DNA of 64,000 bases from Blasia pusilla (taxonomy: Eukaryota), in contig CM114271.1 of assembly GCA_050084515.1 (NCBI GenBank), positions 38,254,001 through 38,318,000 on the forward strand, read 5' to 3'. A program made the position numbers and the translations under genes. The notes under the pieces were generated by a model. It was not told the DNA's origin, did not search any database, and saw only the letters and a list, made by a program, of their open reading frames with translations. Below are positions 1-10,931 of the stretch, piece after piece; the first letter of the stretch is position 1; every line of letters starts with the position of its first letter.

Positions 1-1518
1 TTCCACGCCCGAGTCCTGCGTGAGGTCACGCAGCCGTGCCACTGCAGTCTGGAAACGCATTGAAGTGGTGAGATGCTGACTGAGCTGAGACTCAAGAAAT
101 ATTACACGCGTACTTCTCAAACGTGAAAACCCGTAGAGTAGAGTTGCTTTCCGAGACCAGAGACGCTCCATGACCGACTGACTGCTTCCTGTCCCGTCCC
201 GTCCCGAGCTCAGCTCAGGCACCTCTAACTGAGCACTCGAATCCTCTCCATTGAAGCTCCTGGTGATTATCACGGGGAGAAGAAGACACTGGCAGACTCT
301 GAGACGGAGTTGCATCCAATGCAAACGCGGCAGCAGGAGGACGACGTTGGGGCGACTGACCGTTTGTTTCAACCGAATTGTACATATGAGTTAGTTTAGT
401 CGAAACCTATGGGTTTTCGGGTTCTTCCATCAACCGTTTTATCGAAGTTCATTGTGTTAAGTCGAACGCGTTCATGAAGACATCGCATACTGAGTTTTCC
501 TACGGCGAAGACAAAAAAGTGTTAGTCGAATAGAATAGGCGATGGAGAACTTTCTGTCGTGTAAAAGTGGTTAAAAAAATTCCTGGTTACGTTTTAGGTT
601 ACATGTACTGATAATTTACAATAAACAGGAAAATATTAAGATTTACGAAAGATTTTCTATGGTAATGATTTAGGGTATGCATGTTTGCAATGTAGAAGTA
701 GTTACACATTGTTAGTGGAAAAACACTGCACCTTCCATTTTAGACTCCTCTCTTAATATCCTTTGGGCCAATAGCATTGTTTGATCTCTCACATAGTAGG
801 ATCATTCCAGATTTAATTAAAAACTTAAATTATTTATGAATCTAATAATGTTAAATAATTCAAACTTACTAATCATTTTTTTTATCCCGGACTTAGTATG
901 GGCACCAACTAGTGCCTATTAACAACATTACGTGAACTACTAGTAGAGAAGTGTGAGAGTGATTTTGAGTAGAAATGGAACTCATAGTGAAGGAGAGTAA
1001 TGTAGCAAGTCCATAATTTTGCAAGGTGCATTTGACGCGTACTAAAAGGGGAAATGAAAAGAAATAGGGAATCTAAAAAAGAAGTAAAGCTTACGAGCTG
1101 TTTTTCTTTTACGTGATTATTTGCTCATCACTTTGAACTCTACCTTATCTTTAGTAATCTGATCTCACCTTATTTTGTTTTGCAATCTCCTATTTTTTTG
1201 TGATATGATCTCGGCCTATTTTCTGCATCGTGCCCTGGTTGGCAACACTTTGAGACATACGTCAAAAAACTATTGGAGGACACGTGTCATTCATAGAGGG
1301 CACCTATTACGTTGAGACACCTATAGACATCCGAGGCTTTTGGTTGTAGATAAATATTTATTACCCTCCCTCTCTTTTTCTACTTTGGAGAAGGAAGAGG
1401 AGAAAGGAGATCCGAGAATGGACTGCATGTGCACCTTCAAGTCTGCAGCCCGTAGCCGCATCGAATTTTGAATGTGCAATTTCAGCCCGTACATAGCGTT
1501 CATCTTCGGTAAGAATCT

Positions 1519-1521
<3 letters not shown>

Positions 1522-1597
<76 letters not shown>
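1522..1597. repeat. (TC)n microsatellite, about 38 units
   Basis: Pure TC run; source of the spurious RERERE/SLSLSL ORFs. Confidence 0.98.
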
Positions 1598-1601
<4 letters not shown>

Positions 1602-1991
1602 GAATGGACACTACACTCACCTCCGCAATCACACAAGGTCTAGGATCGCGATGAAGCTGGCCTCAATAATTGTTGTGCATTGAATAGTGGCCACTCCCTC
1701 TCTCCCCAACTCAAAGCCTCTCACCCGCACACTCCCCCTCTTTCCCTCTCTCTTTCTCTCTCAAACACGAATGCTCACCAAAATGTGACTCACTACGCAT
1801 CTCCAAATTATCGTGTGCTCATCTCCGAAATTGAGATGAGACGGCGTGAGCTTCCCATCTCATGGGCCCAAGGCTTCCATTATCTTGACTCACCTCATCT
1901 CATCTCAACTGATCCGATCGCAACACAAGGAAGACAAGGTAAAGCATATATACAATAGATAGCAAAAGAGCGAGATTATGCAGAAGAAACT

Positions 1992-2187
1992 TGTCGTGTG
2001 CATACACATCGCTACACCAGCCACATCGTTGGTCACATCTACACACCACACAACACTCATCTTGACCAACGGTAACCTGCATGCACGGGTTACCAAGTGG
2101 TACCCAAAGATATGAAGTCTCCACCCCAAGAGCGCAACCGTCACCTGACTTTGTCTGCTCCAAGACACAGGCATGGCTCCACGCGTG
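1992..2187 (-). mobile_element. 3' remnant of a related, internally deleted gypsy element (element 3), split off by insertion of element 1
   Basis: On the minus strand it ends ...GATGTGTATGCACACGACA at 1992, matching the B-repeat end of elements 1 and 2. The frame HAWSHAC continues ADELVR from the other side of element 1. Confidence 0.75.
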
Positions 2188-2702
2188 TGTCACGTCTTTT
2201 AGGATAGATCGGTGAGATCTAATAGAGCGCCTTCGTGAGTAGTGGAGGACACGCTCAGTAGATCGCGGATGACCTGTTGAGGCCCCGGGAAACCTGAGAG
2301 AGCACGTTTCCCCTTCGTTTCGGCTCATTTGGAGCCATATTGAGGAACTTACTATTCTAGGTAATTACCATTTTCGATATATGATGGACTTTCTATTTTT
2401 GGTAAGTGGCCCTTGACCTCCTACATCAAGTCAAGAGCCAAGGAGGTGACTTGGGAGAATAGGTTACCATGGAGAGAGCTTGGGAGAGGGGAGGGGTATA
2501 CCTCAAGGAGAGAGAGAGCTTGAGAGCTCATTCTCTCTTTGTTGAACCTCTTGGCATGAGGCGGCGGAGCTATGGTCCCTTGCCTTGTGAGTGTAATCCG
2601 AGCCTCTCATTAGGAGAGTTGGTTTGGTTTGACATGAGAGAGAGTGCACACCTTGGAGAGTTATGGTGTGAGATGGTGTAGAGAGAGATTGGATCTTACT
2701 TT
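2188..2702 (+). repeat. Terminal repeat A1 of element 1 (about 515 bp)
   Basis: Closely similar to 10101-10249 (inverted) plus 10438-10802, and to 52607-53120 and 63288-63800. Confidence 0.93.
2496..2542 (+). promoter_or_regulatory. Putative TATA-like box (2496) and transcript 5' end / self-primer (2527-2542)
   Basis: TATA lies about 30 nt upstream of CTCATTCTCTCTTTGT, which is the exact reverse complement of 2703-2718. The start site is inferred. Confidence 0.6.
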
Positions 2703-2718
2703 ACAAAGAGAGAATGAG
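2703..2718 (+). promoter_or_regulatory. Self-priming-type primer binding site
   Basis: ACAAAGAGAGAATGAG directly after A1 is 16/16 complementary to 2527-2542. No TGG-starting tRNA PBS is present. Confidence 0.75.
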
Positions 2719-4250
2719 AGTAGCTCTAGAGGTTTTACGCGGAGTGGCGCGAGGTTCCGAGGGTCTCCACGTGAGGGACCACCTCGACCTCCTTCTGTGT
2801 CATCGTCAGATGAGGGGGAGGGTGTAGAGGAGTTTGTGAGCACATCGCCACACATTGTGAGTGGTCCTACTAGTTGGGCGTACGAGATGGACGACCGGGG
2901 TAGAGGACCGCGTAGGTTTTCAGTGCGAGGGGCACGATTGAGTTGCACAATTTTATAGCAGAGTTTAGGAGTTGGTGCGACTCCCAGCGGGCCAGGAACT
3001 CTAGAGAGTTCAACCCGTTTATAGCATGGAACGGTATGTTCCAGCATTTAGAGGGAGCGCCCATGGACGATTACCATGAGTTCTCTCAGAGATATGCATG
3101 TGAGATCGAGGCGTGGAGGCTCTACTATGACCCACATTATGTGTCATGGACGGAGCCGTTCCCAGATGAGGAGGAGGAGTCAGGAGAGGCTACAACCTCT
3201 TCCACTAGTGACGTTTTAGGAGGGGTGACTCGACGGGAGCGATTGCACCGTCTAGTCGGGTTCGCCCCGAGTTCAACCCTCGTGGTTGAGTTCTTTCTTT
3301 GAGTTGAGGGCGAGCTACCAGGGGGTACGGACGGAGAAGTTGCGGAGCATCCACGACTTCCAGAGGCGCCCGGGTGAGATTTTGCGTGAGGCTTACACTC
3401 GCTTGCGCCGGTTGATCAACGTCAGTCAGGGGGTGACAGAGGCTCGGGCTATCCAGTCATGGTACGCGATGCTGGACCGGACCCTACGGACACGGGTGTG
3501 GGAGGGGTGCTTCTTATGAACACCTCCCCTACGTTGAGAGATGTTTTTAGGACCGCCGAGAACATTGAGCGCAACATGGCGGAGGAGAGCGTAGCCACCA
3601 TGGGTTCTGGGCGAGAGCACTCACGATTGTCTGCACCACCTGTGCAGCAACGTGGACTCCGAGATAGGTCGAATGTGGCACCACGAACATAGGGAGGATA
3701 CCAGGAGGCCGTGCCACACAGACCTGCGCCTTCATATGCGGCTCAACAGCAGCCGCCTACTATTACTTGTTGGTCATGTGGTGGAGCCCATCATCAGCGC
3801 GATTGCACTCGTCGAGGGTCATGGACGTGTGCCTCAAAGATGAAGGAGGAGATGGTCCGCACAGGAGGTTATCGGTGTGACTATTGTCGAGGTATGGTCA
3901 TACACGCGCCAGGTGTTTGATTTACATCCTCGAGTTACGCCCGGACCGAGGGCGAGAGGGCACCAGAGCGAGTAGCGGTCGGGTGGGCCTAGAGATCGTG
4001 CACCAGGTGGTCCCGTTGGGGACGAGGAGTGGGGTTTCGGCGGGGTAGTGGAGAGCTGCCCGTGGAGGAGGTAGAGTACCACCACCTAGACGCGCCGAGG
4101 GAGACGCGGGACGTGAGCGGGATGGTCGGTCGCTTTCGATATCTGGCCGGTGCAGGAGGAGATTGCCGCTATGGCATTGAGGTTACCCGATGCCGGATCC
4201 GTGGCATCGACATCATATGGAGCAGCCAGAGATCTGGAGGATCCTTGATG
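2719..4250 (+). pseudogene. gag: gag-like region of element 1 (N-terminally deleted, frameshifted)
   Basis: Retrotransposon-gag-like FQRRPGEILREAYTRLRRL. Zinc knuckle CWSCGGAHHQRDC, and a second knuckle that is frameshifted here but reads C-N-Y-C-x-R-Y-G-H-T-R-A-R-C in element 2. Confidence 0.75.
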
Positions 4251-4799
4251 GATGTGCGGGGTTGCCCAAATGGAGGCCGCCGCAGTTGTGACGCGTGGAG
4301 CAGCCATAGAGTTGGATCCACAACGAGGGGAAGCCAAAAGACAGACTAGGCTTCCTCAGTCTTTCACGTTGTCCGAATCGATGAGGACCCCATCGATGGG
4401 TCCTCATCAAAGTTCGTGGAGAGTTGGTAATGTTGTTGGTATGCATGCACGGAGGGCGATGGGAGAAGCGAGTGCGACAACTCCTATTGTTGATGCTCAA
4501 GAGGGGCATGTGTCGAGCACGTTGTTGGGGGCGGCCACTGTTGTGTACCGCACTCCTTTATTTTTTGCTTCCAATGTTATGACGTTGGGGGGTACGCCCG
4601 CCGAGGCTTTTCGGCCGGCCGCTTCACTATGTGAGCGCAGAGTTGGAGTTCCTGCATCACGTTCAGAGGTGATTGTAGAGGAGGTGATGGACCTGCCCTT
4701 GGAGCGGATGCTCGGGCCGTCCACGTCAGATTCATGGCAGGCTACGGCTGCTAGGATGGCGGAGATGCCCGCTAGACCCGCGATAGAGCGTGCCATGGC

Positions 4800-5220
4800 T
4801 TCTCCTGGTGTTGTGTTGCTGGATAACCGAGGAGAGATCTTCCAGTTGGTCAGTCATGGAGGTAGAGCTTTTAGTCCGCAGCGTGTCTTGTTGGATTCAG
4901 GAGCGCAACCCTTGATGTTGGGGAAAGTGTCATTCAGAGGATTGGGCTTGACGAGAGCCGATGTGGAGCGTTGTCCATTCCGGATACAGACATCTTTGGG
5001 TGGAGCGAGTACCACACAGTATATCATCCGCCAGGAGGTCGTGGTGAGGATTTGCCCGGGACATCCTACAGATGAGTGCGTGGTACGCGCCAAGGCGATA
5101 GTGACTGATGCAGAGTCCTACGACGTCTTGGTTGGTAGAGCAGTGTTATACCCGATAGGGGTTTTCCCTGGATTATTGGGAGGAGTCAGCGTCCTCCAGA
5201 CCATGATGGCAGTCATGTGA
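4800..5220 (+). pseudogene. Retropepsin-like aspartic protease, element 1
   Basis: RVLLDSGAQ active-site motif (DSG 4894-4902) and downstream YDVLVG motif. Confidence 0.85.
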
Positions 5221-5608
5221 TGGGCGCCTTAGCTCATTACCCATTCGATTCACAGGTGCAGTGATCGAGCAACGGCCAAGAGAAATGGCGACCTTAGCAG
5301 CATTTAGCAGTGCCATCACTTGGCCTAGTGATTTGATTGAGGGACATGTCCATGCAGAGGATACTCCCGTTCCTGACATTTCTATGGAGAGGAGTGTTAT
5401 GGTAGCTGCATCATTCTATGGAGGAGAGGTGACGCTGTGGGGCTCGACTGAGGAGCTTCAACGAATGGCAGATGAGCACGTGCAGACCGCATGGAGCGAG
5501 GCGTTTGCACCAGAGCGTGACGGGTCTGAGGAACCCGAGGTAGCAAGGAGTGCTACGATGACACCCTTGGATACCACACCCATTGTGTGGTGTACCCCGG
5601 AGGAGGGT

Positions 5609-6520
5609 ATTCGAGTGTTAGATCTCTTTGGAGGGATTAGCACCGGGTTAGCTACTGTTTTGCAGGCAGGAGTGCGATTACAATAGTACCTGTATGTGGA
5701 GAGTGATGATGTTGCAAGGCGCGTCTCACTACGACATGTGGCGCAATTACGCCTACGTTTTCCCGACTTATTATGCATCCCAGCGATCTGGGTACCGAGT
5801 TCCCTACCGAGGGATATTTCGTTGTTGGGGGCGCATGACTTAGAGCGGGTAGGGACCATTGACTTGGTCATTGCCGGTTGGCCATGTCAGGGCCAATCGA
5901 GTGCTGGACGAGGCAGCGGGTTGGCTGTCACTCGGTCCAGGTTGTTTTGGGAGATGTTGAGGGTCTTACGGCGAGCAGAGCACAGATCTTGTTCTCGGCC
6001 TACCTTCTGGAGAATGTGCCGATCTTAGGAGACTCCAGGTCACGGGTGGTGACGAGTGCTCATCAGGTGTGTGCCTGGATTGGCCCAGCAGTGTTCTTGG
6101 ATGCGGCGAGTGTAGGTTCTAGAACCCATCGCCCGCGTCTATGATGGACCAACTTGGTACCCCATGCGGTGTTATGGAGGGCGTATGCGAGAGTGGAGTG
6201 CCCCTCCCATTTTTTAGTGGATTCCATTTTGGATCCATGTCATTGATCACAAGCAGTGAGGCACGATGATCGACCACCGTTGACTGTGGTCAACAGGGTA
6301 GGCAAGCCGCGGGCAGCCTTGCCCACGTTTGTGAGTTTTCCCGCTTCCTATGCATATAAGGAGGCCGGTCCTGGCTTGGTTTGGGATGACCAGGTTTATC
6401 GATTGGTGGAGCCCAACGCCGACGAGAGAGAGCAAGCGATGGGATTTCCCACAGGAGTGATGGCAGTACCATCAGTGTCAGAGGCATCACGACGTCATAT
6501 CTTGGGTCAGGCGATGGACC
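5609..6520 (+). pseudogene. C5 cytosine DNA methyltransferase domain (DNMT3-like) inside pol, element 1
   Basis: Motif I IRVLDLFGGISTG (5609), IV DLVIAGWPCQ (PC 5882-5887), VI YLLENV (6001-6018), VIII HRPRLxWTN, IX EREQAMGFP, X RRHILGQAMD. Interrupted by stops (5684, 6142, 6244) and frameshifts. Confidence 0.92.
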
Positions 6521-6886
6521 TGAACTGCTTGACATGGATCCTAAGCTTGGGAGTGGCTGATCAGCGTCGTATGAGATCGCAACAGATCACAGCTGTTGAG
6601 TTGGTGAGCCCCATGCCTATCGAGATGGTGGAGGCAGTGGCTAGGGGCGAGACCCGAGGAGATCTACGCACCAGGGGAGATCGGGAGAGACACCCTTGGA
6701 CTTCTTGGGATGTTTTGCAGGTACGCAAGGAGATGATAGCCACAAAGATCGGCGTGGTTTGCAACCACGTGGAGGAGATCGAGTTTGCGGTTGGCTGCAG
6801 GAGAGCGGCCGAGTGTTGTTGTTCAAGACGGGGTTGCACCATAGCAACCACCGATACCCACGCCGGAGAGTCCTACCGTAGTCACG

Positions 6887-8270
6887 ATGGAGACTTGGGA
6901 GCCAGATATGGGCCCTAAGTTGACAGGAGGAGAGCGGCGCCGAATACATCAGTTCCTCAAGAGTTATAGGAGCTGCTTTGCGTTTAGCATGGAGGATTTG
7001 GGTACGCTGAAGGGACGAGGGATCCGCATTGAGTTGTCGAGTGATATGCAGATCTTCCGACAACCCTAGGTGTCTGATGATATGGAGAGGGCTCGATTGA
7101 GTAGGAGCCAGGACTTGGTCGGAGCAGGACTAGTGGAGATGTCGCATGGGGAGTATGCATCTGCCACTATCATGCCCGCCAAGAAGGATATGCATGGCAA
7201 CTGGATGGATAGGCGGATGTGTGGGGATTACCGACCTATCAATCGGCAGACGAAGTCCAATAGGTATGCCATGCCCACCCCTGAGGAGATCTTTGATGCG
7301 ATTGGTCACGCAAAGGTCTTCAGTTCATTGGATTTGCGAGCCGGATACCATCAGCTGCCTATCAGATTGGAGGACAGGCAGAAGACGGCATTTTGGGGCA
7401 TCGATCCTCACGGGAAGGATTGTTTGTACCAGTGGCGGTTCTTACCATTTGGGTTAAAGAATGCCCCGGCTGAGTTTCAAAGGGTCATGGATAGGATCTT
7501 GGCTGGTCTGGATTTTGCTAGGTGTTATATTGATGACATCGTAGTCTTTAGCGCCACGGTTGAGGAGCATGAGCAACATCTAGAGGAGGTGTTCCGACGA
7601 TTGTAATTACATGGGCTGAAGCTACATCCAGGCAAGTGCAAGTTCTTCTACGACCAGATTGAGTACTTAGGTCATACAATATACCCAGGGGGCCTTGGTG
7701 TTCAGCAAACGAAGGTAGAGGCTATCTCACGCATTCCACGCCCTACAGATGTGAGTCGTGTTCGTATATTCATGGGATTGGCAAACTTCTATCGGCGATA
7801 CGTCAAGAGATTCAGTTCAATTGCGAAGCCGCTGACCTTGCTGACCAAGGTGGATCACGAGTGGCACTGGGGGGATGAGCAGAAGCAAGCATTTCAGTTG
7901 CTCAAGGACAGGTTGACGTCCGCACCCATCTTGAGGAGACCGATCGGGGCGTCCTTTCGATTGCACACATATTGGAGCATGTTGGGGCTTGGAGCGGTGC
8001 TCACCAAAGATGATGATGAGGGTAGAGAGTTCAGAGTGGCTTACGCTAGCCGCTCGAACAACGCGCAGAGGCGGTAATCTGGCTCGTATGAGGGTGAGTG
8101 CTTGGTCGCGTGTGGGGGTCGCGCATTTCAAGTGTTACTTATTCGGCAACCCTTTTACCATCATCACTGATAATCAACCACTGAAGTGGTTGATGGAGTC
8201 CGACAAGCTTACAGGGAAGCTTGCGAGATGGGCTCTGTTGTTGCAGGAATATGATGGGATGCTCAACCAG
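6887..8270 (+). pseudogene. pol: Reverse transcriptase and RNase H, element 1
   Basis: RMCGDYRPIN, FSSLDLRAGYHQ, LPFGLKNAP, YIDD (7526-7537). RNase H motifs LGAVL, VAYASR, FTIITDNQPL, LARWALLLQEY. Confidence 0.97.
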
Positions 8271-8669
8271 GATGTAGATGGGTTGAGTCGTAACCCATTC
8301 CCGAGTCAGCAAGATGCGACTGGAGCTCGATGGCATGGAGAGAGTGATGAGGAGTCGGTGCGAGGATGGCACACGTCAGCCTATTTAGGCATGTTGGCTA
8401 TGGAGAGCCAGAGTGTGGAGACTTCGATGGCGAGGTCTAGTGGAGAGTCCTTGGATCCCGAGACCAGTGAGGACATGGCAAGTGGCCGAGATATTCATGA
8501 TGATGGAGTAGTCTTGGAGTACCTTCGTACTGGCAGCGTTGCGAGCACGATGGATGCTAGAGAGCGGGATCGGATCCTACAGCGGGCCAAACGGTTCCGT
8601 TGGGAGGGGACACATGTTTTGAGGGTTTGGGAGGATGGTAGAGTACTCGTAGTGCCGCATCCTTTGTAG

Positions 8670-9931
8670 AGAGCACGACTAGTGCAGCATGCCCACGAGG
8701 AGTTGGGTCACTTTGGCGTGAAGCGGACGTACAGCTTGCTCCAGATTCAGTATTGGTGGCGAGGCATGCAGACTGACGTTCAGCAGCTTTGTTGCCAGGT
8801 GCATGGTGTGTGATCGGGTCCGAGCATCATTCAATGCTCCGACTCCTGATTGCATCCGTTACCGATCATGGGCTTAGGGTATAGATGGAGTTTGGATTTT
8901 GCAGGACCTTTGCCCTTGACGGAGCGTCACAGTCGTTATGTGTTGGTGATGGTCGAGCACTTCTCGAAGTGGATCGAGTTGGTTGCATTGCCTGACAAAG
9001 CGAGTGAAGGAGTAGCTTATGCCTTCCTTGACAGAGTGGTGAGTCATTATGGCGCACCGGCTGAGGTGTTGACAGACCAGGAGTACCGAAGTTTCGCGGT
9101 GAGTTCCAGGCCTTGTGTGATCAGGCGCTGATCGACCACCGCACGACTTCGCAAGATCATCCCGGGGCGGATGGATTAGCGGAGAGAGTTGTGCAAACGG
9201 TGAAGAGGGGTTTACGCAAGTATGGCTTGCAGAGAGGTCACCTAGGAGATTGGGACCTCCAGTTGCCATGGTTGGCGATGGGATCTGATTCAGTGAGCGA
9301 GCATCCTTAGCGTCTTTTTCACCGTACTTGCTACTTTATGGCGAGAGCCAGATTTACTGCGCCATTCGTCGAGATCTTTGGTGATTTGCTGGACCTTGAT
9401 GACCCAAATGTATGGGTGCGAGCATGTTCTCAGAGGGCTGAGTTATTTCGGAGAGTGATGCCCATGGCGTTCAAGAACTTGGCGATTGCACAACATCGGG
9501 ATACGTTGAGGTATGCGACTATTCGGGGTGGTGGTTATCGACCAACTATCCGGAGGTTTCATTTGGGAGATTATGTCTACTTGCAGCAGACGGCACCGAC
9601 GACGTTGGATGTGACTGCAGGGCGCACTATCCTGAGAGTGCGTGACATTTTTCCATCGGGTGTTCTCTTGCTGGAGGGACGCAATGGTATGGTATGGAAG
9701 GACCATGTGCGTAATTGTGCACCATGTCACCTTCCTAACATTGATGGTACAGTAGATCCGAGCTTAGCAATAGTTCCTGCAGGCTTGCGTTGTATGTTGT
9801 GTGGTTCTGCCCGTGGTGTGGCCACGATGCTAGTCTGTGATGGGTGTTCGAGAGGATGGCATATGGCATGTTTGACGCCACCTCTCACTAGGGTTCCTAA
9901 GGGAGGATGGATGTGTCCCAGATGTACATAG
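8670..9931 (+). pseudogene. DDE integrase with C-terminal PHD finger, element 1
   Basis: HHCC (HEELGHFG...CMVC) and core WSLDF / VLTDQ / GLAER. C4HC3 PHD finger CMLC...VCDGC..GWH..CL.PPL..VP.G.W.CPRC at 9791-9925, stop at 9931. Confidence 0.95.
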
Positions 9932-10100
9932 AGTAGGTAGTTCTACATTCCGACTTGTGTCTGTGACATGGATGAGAAGAAGGCGACTAACATGGGGCCA
10001 CATGAGCACCCGGCCTTCTTGCTCTTAGCGTCCGAGAGATGTATGTCATGGTAGGTAGGGATAGATGTAAGTTCCTTAATATTGAGGAACTTACTATTTC

Positions 10101-10422
10101 GGCTCCAAATGAGCCGAAACGAAGGGGAAACGTGCTTTCTCAGGTTTCCCGGGGCCTCAACAGGTCATCCGCGACCTACTGAGCGTGTCCTCCACTACTC
10201 ACGAAGGCGCTCTATTAGATCTCACCGATCTATCCTAAAAGACGTGACAGCTGTCGTGCACATACATATCGCTACACAACATACATCGCTGTCACCGAAC
10301 ACACACACAAACACGCATGATCCCATGCTAACTCATGGCATCCAAAAAACGGGAAAAGAAGTACCAAAATATCTCCAATCGCCCCCCTAGTTGGTGGTTA
10401 GGTCCCTCTAACTCCAGATAGC
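10101..10422 (-). other. Inverted segment in the 3' end of element 1 (PPT + B1 + first 149 bp of A2), flanked by 26-bp palindromes
   Basis: Its reverse complement is colinear with about 63116-63436 of element 2. Palindrome TAAGTTCCTCAATATTGAGGAACTTA at 10427-10452 and a 1-mismatch copy at 10068-10093. Confidence 0.9.
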
Positions 10423-10437
10423 AATATAAGTTCCTCA

Positions 10438-10931
10438 ATATTGAGGAACTTACTATTTTAGGTAAGTACCATTTTCAGTATATGATCGACTTTCTATTTT
10501 TGGTAAGTGGCCCTTGACCTCCTACATCAGGTCAAGAGCCAAGGAGGTGACTTGGGAGAATAGGTTACCATGGAGAGAGCTTGGGAGAGGGGAGGGGTAT
10601 ACCTCAAGGAGAGAGAGCTTGAGAGCTCATTCTCTCTTTGTTGAACCTCTTGGCATGAGGCGGCGGAGCTATGGTCCCTTGCCTTGTGAGTTGTAACCCG
10701 AGCCTCTCATTAGGAGAGTGGGTTTGGTTTGACATGAGAGAGAGTGCACACCTTGGAGAGTTATGGTGTGAGATGGTGTAGAGAGAGATTGGATCTTACT
10801 TTGATTGGAGATATTTTGGTACTTCTTGTCTCGTTGTTTGGATGCCATGAGTTAGCATGGGATCATGCGTGTTTGTGTGTGTGTTTGGTGACAGCGATGT
10901 ATGTTGTGTAGCGATGTGTATACGCATGACA
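10438..10931 (+). repeat. Remainder of A2 (10438-10802) and terminal B2 (10803-10931) of element 1
   Basis: A2 part matches about 2337-2702. B2 GATTGGAGATA...GCATGACA matches inverted B1 (10252-10380). Confidence 0.9.

Larger units (their letters stand above)
2188..10931 (+). mobile_element. Element 1: Ty3/gypsy-type retrotransposon with DNMT and PHD domains and split direct repeats (A1-internal-B1-A2-B2); decayed
   Basis: Starts TGTCAC (2188) and ends TGACA (10931). 4-bp TSD CGTG (2184-2187) / CATG (10932-10935), one CpG-type transition. Domain order gag-PR-DNMT-RT-RH-INT-PHD with stops and frameshifts. Confidence 0.93.

Noticed and set aside
1321-1654. ORFs with RERERE/SLSLSL runs (also 33895-34098)
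   Set aside because: Translations of dinucleotide microsatellites.
5609-6520. Host DRM/DNMT3 gene or bacterial contamination
   Set aside because: It is intronless, sits at the same position within pol in two copies, and decays along with the element.
2188-10931. DIRS/PAT/Ngaro tyrosine-recombinase element, suggested by split repeats plus a methyltransferase
   Set aside because: It has an aspartic protease, an HHCC-DDE integrase in gypsy order and TSDs. No tyrosine recombinase motifs were seen, and the methyltransferase is C5-cytosine type rather than the adenine type of DIRS1-like elements.
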